Of a stretch of 64,000 nucleotides of DNA, positions 61,022-64,000 are shown piece after piece (within the stretch, counting starts at the first letter, position 1; each line of letters opens with the position of its first letter). Under the pieces are notes generated by a model, which searched no databases, was not told the origin of the DNA, and saw nothing but the letters and a program-made list of their open reading frames with translations. Both the position numbers and the translations under genes were made by a program. This stretch comes from an uncultured bacterium (GTDB lineage Bacteria; Eisenbacteria; RBG-16-71-46; CAIMUX01; WJJG01). Location: positions 68,077 through 132,076 of the forward strand of contig CAYQJL010000282.1 in assembly GCA_964417675.1 (NCBI GenBank). The letters are read 5' to 3'.

Positions 61022-62536
61022 TCAGCCCCCCCTCACAGTCGACGGCCGCTCGGCGGGAGGCAGTTCGAGGATCAGGGCCGCCCCACCCCACCGGCTATCC
61101 TCAATCCGGACCGTCACCGCATTGCGCTCAGCCAGTTGTCTGACCAGCGCCAGCCCCAGTCCCGCCCCTTTGGCTCGGCCCGTTTGAAAGGGCTCGAATA
61201 CGATCGCGCGCAGATCCGGGGCGATTCCAGGACCATTGTCGGCAATCTCCAGGCGCACGGCGTGCCCGGCCGGTGTCTCTTTCATGCGCCATGACACCGC
61301 CAGGTGTCCCGAGGGTCCGGCAGCCTGCATGGCATTGCGCACCAGATTCAGAACCATCTGCCGCAGGTGATCCGGATCGCACCAGACGGAGAGCTCCGGG
61401 CCGTCCTGGCCGGTTTGCCCCTCGAACGACAGTCCCAGCGCGGCATTCTCGATGCATTCGCGAACCAAAGGGCCGATCCTCACGATTCCCGGCGATGGCT
61501 CCTTGGGACGGGCAAACTGCAAGAAACTACTGACGACCCGCTCCAGCCGCTCCCCTTCGGCCAGAATCCGCCCGGCCTGGCGGCGCTGCCTCTCTCCCAG
61601 GCTCTGGTCCCGCGACAGCATCTCACTCGAGAGAATCAGCCCCCCCAGCGGATTGCGGATCTCATGGGCCACCCCCCCCAGCATGGCCCTCAATTCCCGC
61701 TCCCGGTCGCGTACCGCCGAGCGCATCTGCTCGAGCGTTCGGGCCAGCACGCCGATCTCGTCGCCGCCCAGGTCGGGCACCGGTCGCTCAAGGCTGCCAC
61801 GGCCAATGTCTCCCGCCGCCGCGGCCAGCAGCCGCAACCGGCGGTTGAGCCGGCGGGCCAGCAGGACCGCGACCGCCATGAGAAGCAGTGTCCCGAGTAG
61901 CGCGATGCCGACCATGGTCCGGCGCATGCCCCCGATCGCCTCGAGCGAACCGGACTCGGCCGACACCAGAATCACGGCTTCCGGGGGGGGGGCAAGACCC
62001 GTACGCTCCGCTGCCGGAGTCAACTCGTCCGGGACCGTCGCGGGGGTGCTGAGCGAGATGCCGGCCAGTCCGATCTTCACGAAACGGCCGGACTCACTGC
62101 GAAGGAGAGGGCTGGAGGCTACCGCCCCGGCGCGAACCTGGCCGAGTTCACGGTCGAGCAGAGCCGCCCGGGCGGGCACATCACCCAGCCGGTACCGACC
62201 GGAAGTCTCGATGAGCACCTGGCCCTCGGGCGACCACACTCCCAGCCAGTCGGCCGCAATCTCACGCCGGATGCCCTCCAACCGCTGACGCAGCGACTGA
62301 GCGGTCCGGCTCTGGTCCTCTCCCGGCTCCAGCCGCATCAGGCCTTCCCAAGCCGCCGGCGAAATCGCCGCCCGCACCGTCGTGGCAAGGGCTTCGACCC
62401 GCAAGGTCATCTCGGCATCCAATGCCCGGCGGGCTTGACGCTCCAGGAGGAAACCGATGGCGAGCAAACAGGGAAGCGCGGCGGCCAAGAAGGCCCAGAA
62501 CAACTGGGCTCCCATTCCGCGTGGCACAGTCCGCAC
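61022..62536 (-). CDS. Sensor histidine kinase
   Basis: TM sensor region, HAMP, HisKA H-box (GGVAHEIRNPLGGL), HATPase (NLVRNAMQA...DNGPGI...GLGLAL). Confidence 0.85.
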   Translation of the reverse strand: MRTVPRGMGAQLFWAFLAAALPCLLAIGFLLERQARRALDAEMTLRVEALATTVRAAISPAAWEGLMRLEPGEDQSRTAQSLRQRLEGIRREIAADWLGVWSPEGQVLIETSGRYRLGDVPARAALLDRELGQVRAGAVASSPLLRSESGRFVKIGLAGISLSTPATVPDELTPAAERTGLAPPPEAVILVSAESGSLEAIGGMRRTMVGIALLGTLLLMAVAVLLARRLNRRLRLLAAAAGDIGRGSLERPVPDLGGDEIGVLARTLEQMRSAVRDRERELRAMLGGVAHEIRNPLGGLILSSEMLSRDQSLGERQRRQAGRILAEGERLERVVSSFLQFARPKEPSPGIVRIGPLVRECIENAALGLSFEGQTGQDGPELSVWCDPDHLRQMVLNLVRNAMQAAGPSGHLAVSWRMKETPAGHAVRLEIADNGPGIAPDLRAIVFEPFQTGRAKGAGLGLALVRQLAERNAVTVRIEDSRWGGAALILELPPAERPSTVRGG

Positions 62537-62584
62537 CTTTCAAGCCCCCTTCGCCATTGCGGCCAGCCTGTGCCAGGCCCCGGC

Positions 62585-63712
62585 CTATAGCCCGTGGCGG
62601 GCGAACAGCTCGCTCTTGATCCCGGCCAGGATCGAATCGATCGCGTCGTCTCCGCCCCCCAGGCCACCCATACCCCCCGGAGAGGACCAGAAATCCCTGG
62701 GCCATGGCATATGGGCAGCGACTCCCGGGAGGATCGCGGGGCGCGCCGGCAGCGGACCGGGCTTGGGCCCCTCGATCATGACCAGCCAGGCCATGGTCCA
62801 GGCTCGCATCGCATTCGCCAGATCATACCCGCCCCCGCCGACGGCCAACCAGGGAAGGTTCCACGAGCGGAATCGCTCCAGGATCGTCCACCAGTCGGCC
62901 AGCGAGACCTCGAGATTGGCCAGCGGATCACCGATCAGCAGATCGGCGCCCAACTCCGTCACCAGAACGTCCGGCCGGAAGGCCCGCAGCAACGGTTCGA
63001 TGACTTCCTCGAAGACGCGCGGGTACACCGACCCGGTCGTATGCGGCAGTAGCCCAACATTGACGGCATAGCCTTCGCCCGCCGCGCGGCCGATATCCCC
63101 TTGAAACCCCGATCCGGGAAACAGCGTTCGTCCATCCTGATGCACCGACACCGTCATGACCTGGTTGGAGGTGATGAACGCCTCCTGAACGCCATCCCCA
63201 TGATGGGCATCGACATCGACGTAGAAAACGCGCAGACCGGCATCCAGGAGGCGGCCGATGGCCAGCACCACATCATTGACATAACAGAAGCCCGACGCCC
63301 TGCCCGGAAGAGCGTGATGCAACCCGCCGCCGGGATGAAACACGCGCTGGGCGGCTTGTTCGGCGATGAGTTGGGCTCCACGCAGAGACCCGCCCCCGGT
63401 AAGGAGCACGTACTCCCAGAGGTTGGGAAAGATCGGGTTATCCCCCGAAGTGAGCCCATACGGCGCAACCCCGGGCGGCATCATCCCGGCGGAAACCTGT
63501 TCGAGGATGTCCAGATAGTCGCTGCGGTGGGCTTTGAGCAAGTCGTCCCGGTCGGCCGGCCCGAACGATTCCTTGCGATTCCCGGCATCATCGAAGAGTC
63601 CGAGCTGCGTGCAAAGATAGTCCGTCAGCCACAGGCGCTCGAGACGAAAGGGATGGGTCATCCCGTAGTTGTACTGGACGACCGCCTCATTGTAGAGAAA
63701 GACCTTCTGCAC
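62585..63712 (-). CDS. Histone deacetylase family protein (AcuC/acetoin-utilisation-like)
   Basis: HDAC motifs (GFCYVNDVVLAI, DVDAHHGDGVQEAF, charge-relay HH). GTG start at 63712. Confidence 0.85.
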   Translation of the reverse strand: MQKVFLYNEAVVQYNYGMTHPFRLERLWLTDYLCTQLGLFDDAGNRKESFGPADRDDLLKAHRSDYLDILEQVSAGMMPPGVAPYGLTSGDNPIFPNLWEYVLLTGGGSLRGAQLIAEQAAQRVFHPGGGLHHALPGRASGFCYVNDVVLAIGRLLDAGLRVFYVDVDAHHGDGVQEAFITSNQVMTVSVHQDGRTLFPGSGFQGDIGRAAGEGYAVNVGLLPHTTGSVYPRVFEEVIEPLLRAFRPDVLVTELGADLLIGDPLANLEVSLADWWTILERFRSWNLPWLAVGGGGYDLANAMRAWTMAWLVMIEGPKPGPLPARPAILPGVAAHMPWPRDFWSSPGGMGGLGGGDDAIDSILAGIKSELFARHGL

Positions 63713-63721
63713 CCTGTACCT

Positions 63722-63840
63722 CTCTCGAACAGACCGCTATACGACAGGCCCGAGGCGCTATACGACAGGCCCGAGGCGCTATGCGACAGGCCCGAGCCGC
63801 TATGCGACAGGCCCGAGCCGCTATACGACAGGCCCGAGGA
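63722..63840. repeat. 21-bp tandem repeat, 5 copies (CTATRCGACAGGCCCGAGSCG)
   Basis: Direct reading. Lies between tRNA-Leu and the HDAC gene start. On the minus strand every unit carries an in-frame TAG. An ATG at 63844 opens an 8-codon uORF (MLLGPVV). Confidence 0.85.
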
Positions 63841-63878
63841 GCATGACCTCTCCCCGGGCCTGTACGAGCGATAACCTG

Positions 63879-63961
63879 TGCCGGGGACGGGACTCGAACC
63901 CGTACGGGTTGCCCCACACGCCCCTCAAACGTGCGTGTCTACCAAATTCCACCACCCCGGC
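63879..63961 (-). tRNA. tRNA-Leu (anticodon GAG), class II with long variable arm
   Basis: Hand-folded: acceptor GCCGGGG/CCCCGGC, 3-bp D-stem, anticodon stem CACGT/GCGTG, loop TTGAGGG, variable arm about 15 nt, T-arm ACGGG-TTCGAGT-CCCGT. 83 nt. Confidence 0.85.
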
Positions 63962-64000
63962 AGTCAATACGCCAGACGTCACCCCTCCGAATCCAGTACC

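Overview
This is a high-GC (about 68%) bacterial chromosomal window. It is densely coding and nearly every gene is on the minus strand. Some start coordinates below may be off by a few nucleotides; positions derived from the ORF track are the reliable ones.

The window carries housekeeping and envelope functions of a diderm bacterium: TolC, TonB-ExbBD, LapAB, a heptosyltransferase and an Omp85-like barrel. Several gene blocks are arranged as in Firmicutes: folD-xseA-xseB-nadK-recN, RNase Y, infC-rpmI-rplT, scpA-scpB and cmk-rpsA.

Recognisable features are gcvT-gcvH-gcvPA, uvrA, a five-gene TolC-adaptor-ABC efflux operon with two different permeases, exbB-exbD-exbD-tonB, mutS, purM, rsfS and yfiH, plus a sigma-54 two-component pair. 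There are three tRNAs: Arg-CCG, Val-GAC and Leu-GAG.

I found no transposase, integrase, phage gene or CRISPR array, so this looks like core chromosome rather than an island.

The observations most worth a second look are:
- a family of unrelated short tandem-repeat arrays (units of 9 to 36 bp) sitting just upstream of, or at the 5' ends of, genes;
- a 20-bp array upstream of folD that forms a chain of five 7-codon mini-ORFs, each stop overlapping the next start (ATGA) and the last one overlapping the folD start codon;
- a good sigma-54 promoter match upstream of a lipoprotein gene, with 36-bp tandem repeats at enhancer distance and a sigma-54 activator two-component system (response regulator plus histidine kinase) encoded immediately upstream;
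- an L20-leader-like attenuator and an apparent AUU start codon for infC;
- unusual domain fusions: waaF-gmhB, cmk-plsC, PAP2-M23, and a 1046-aa HExxH protease + TolB-like propeller + Omp85-like barrel protein;
- a polytopic TPR and zinc-ribbon membrane protein plus a DUF4388 protein next to the ExbB-ExbD-ExbD-TonB cluster.

The six-frame track also contains many long antisense ORFs that are artefacts of the GC content.
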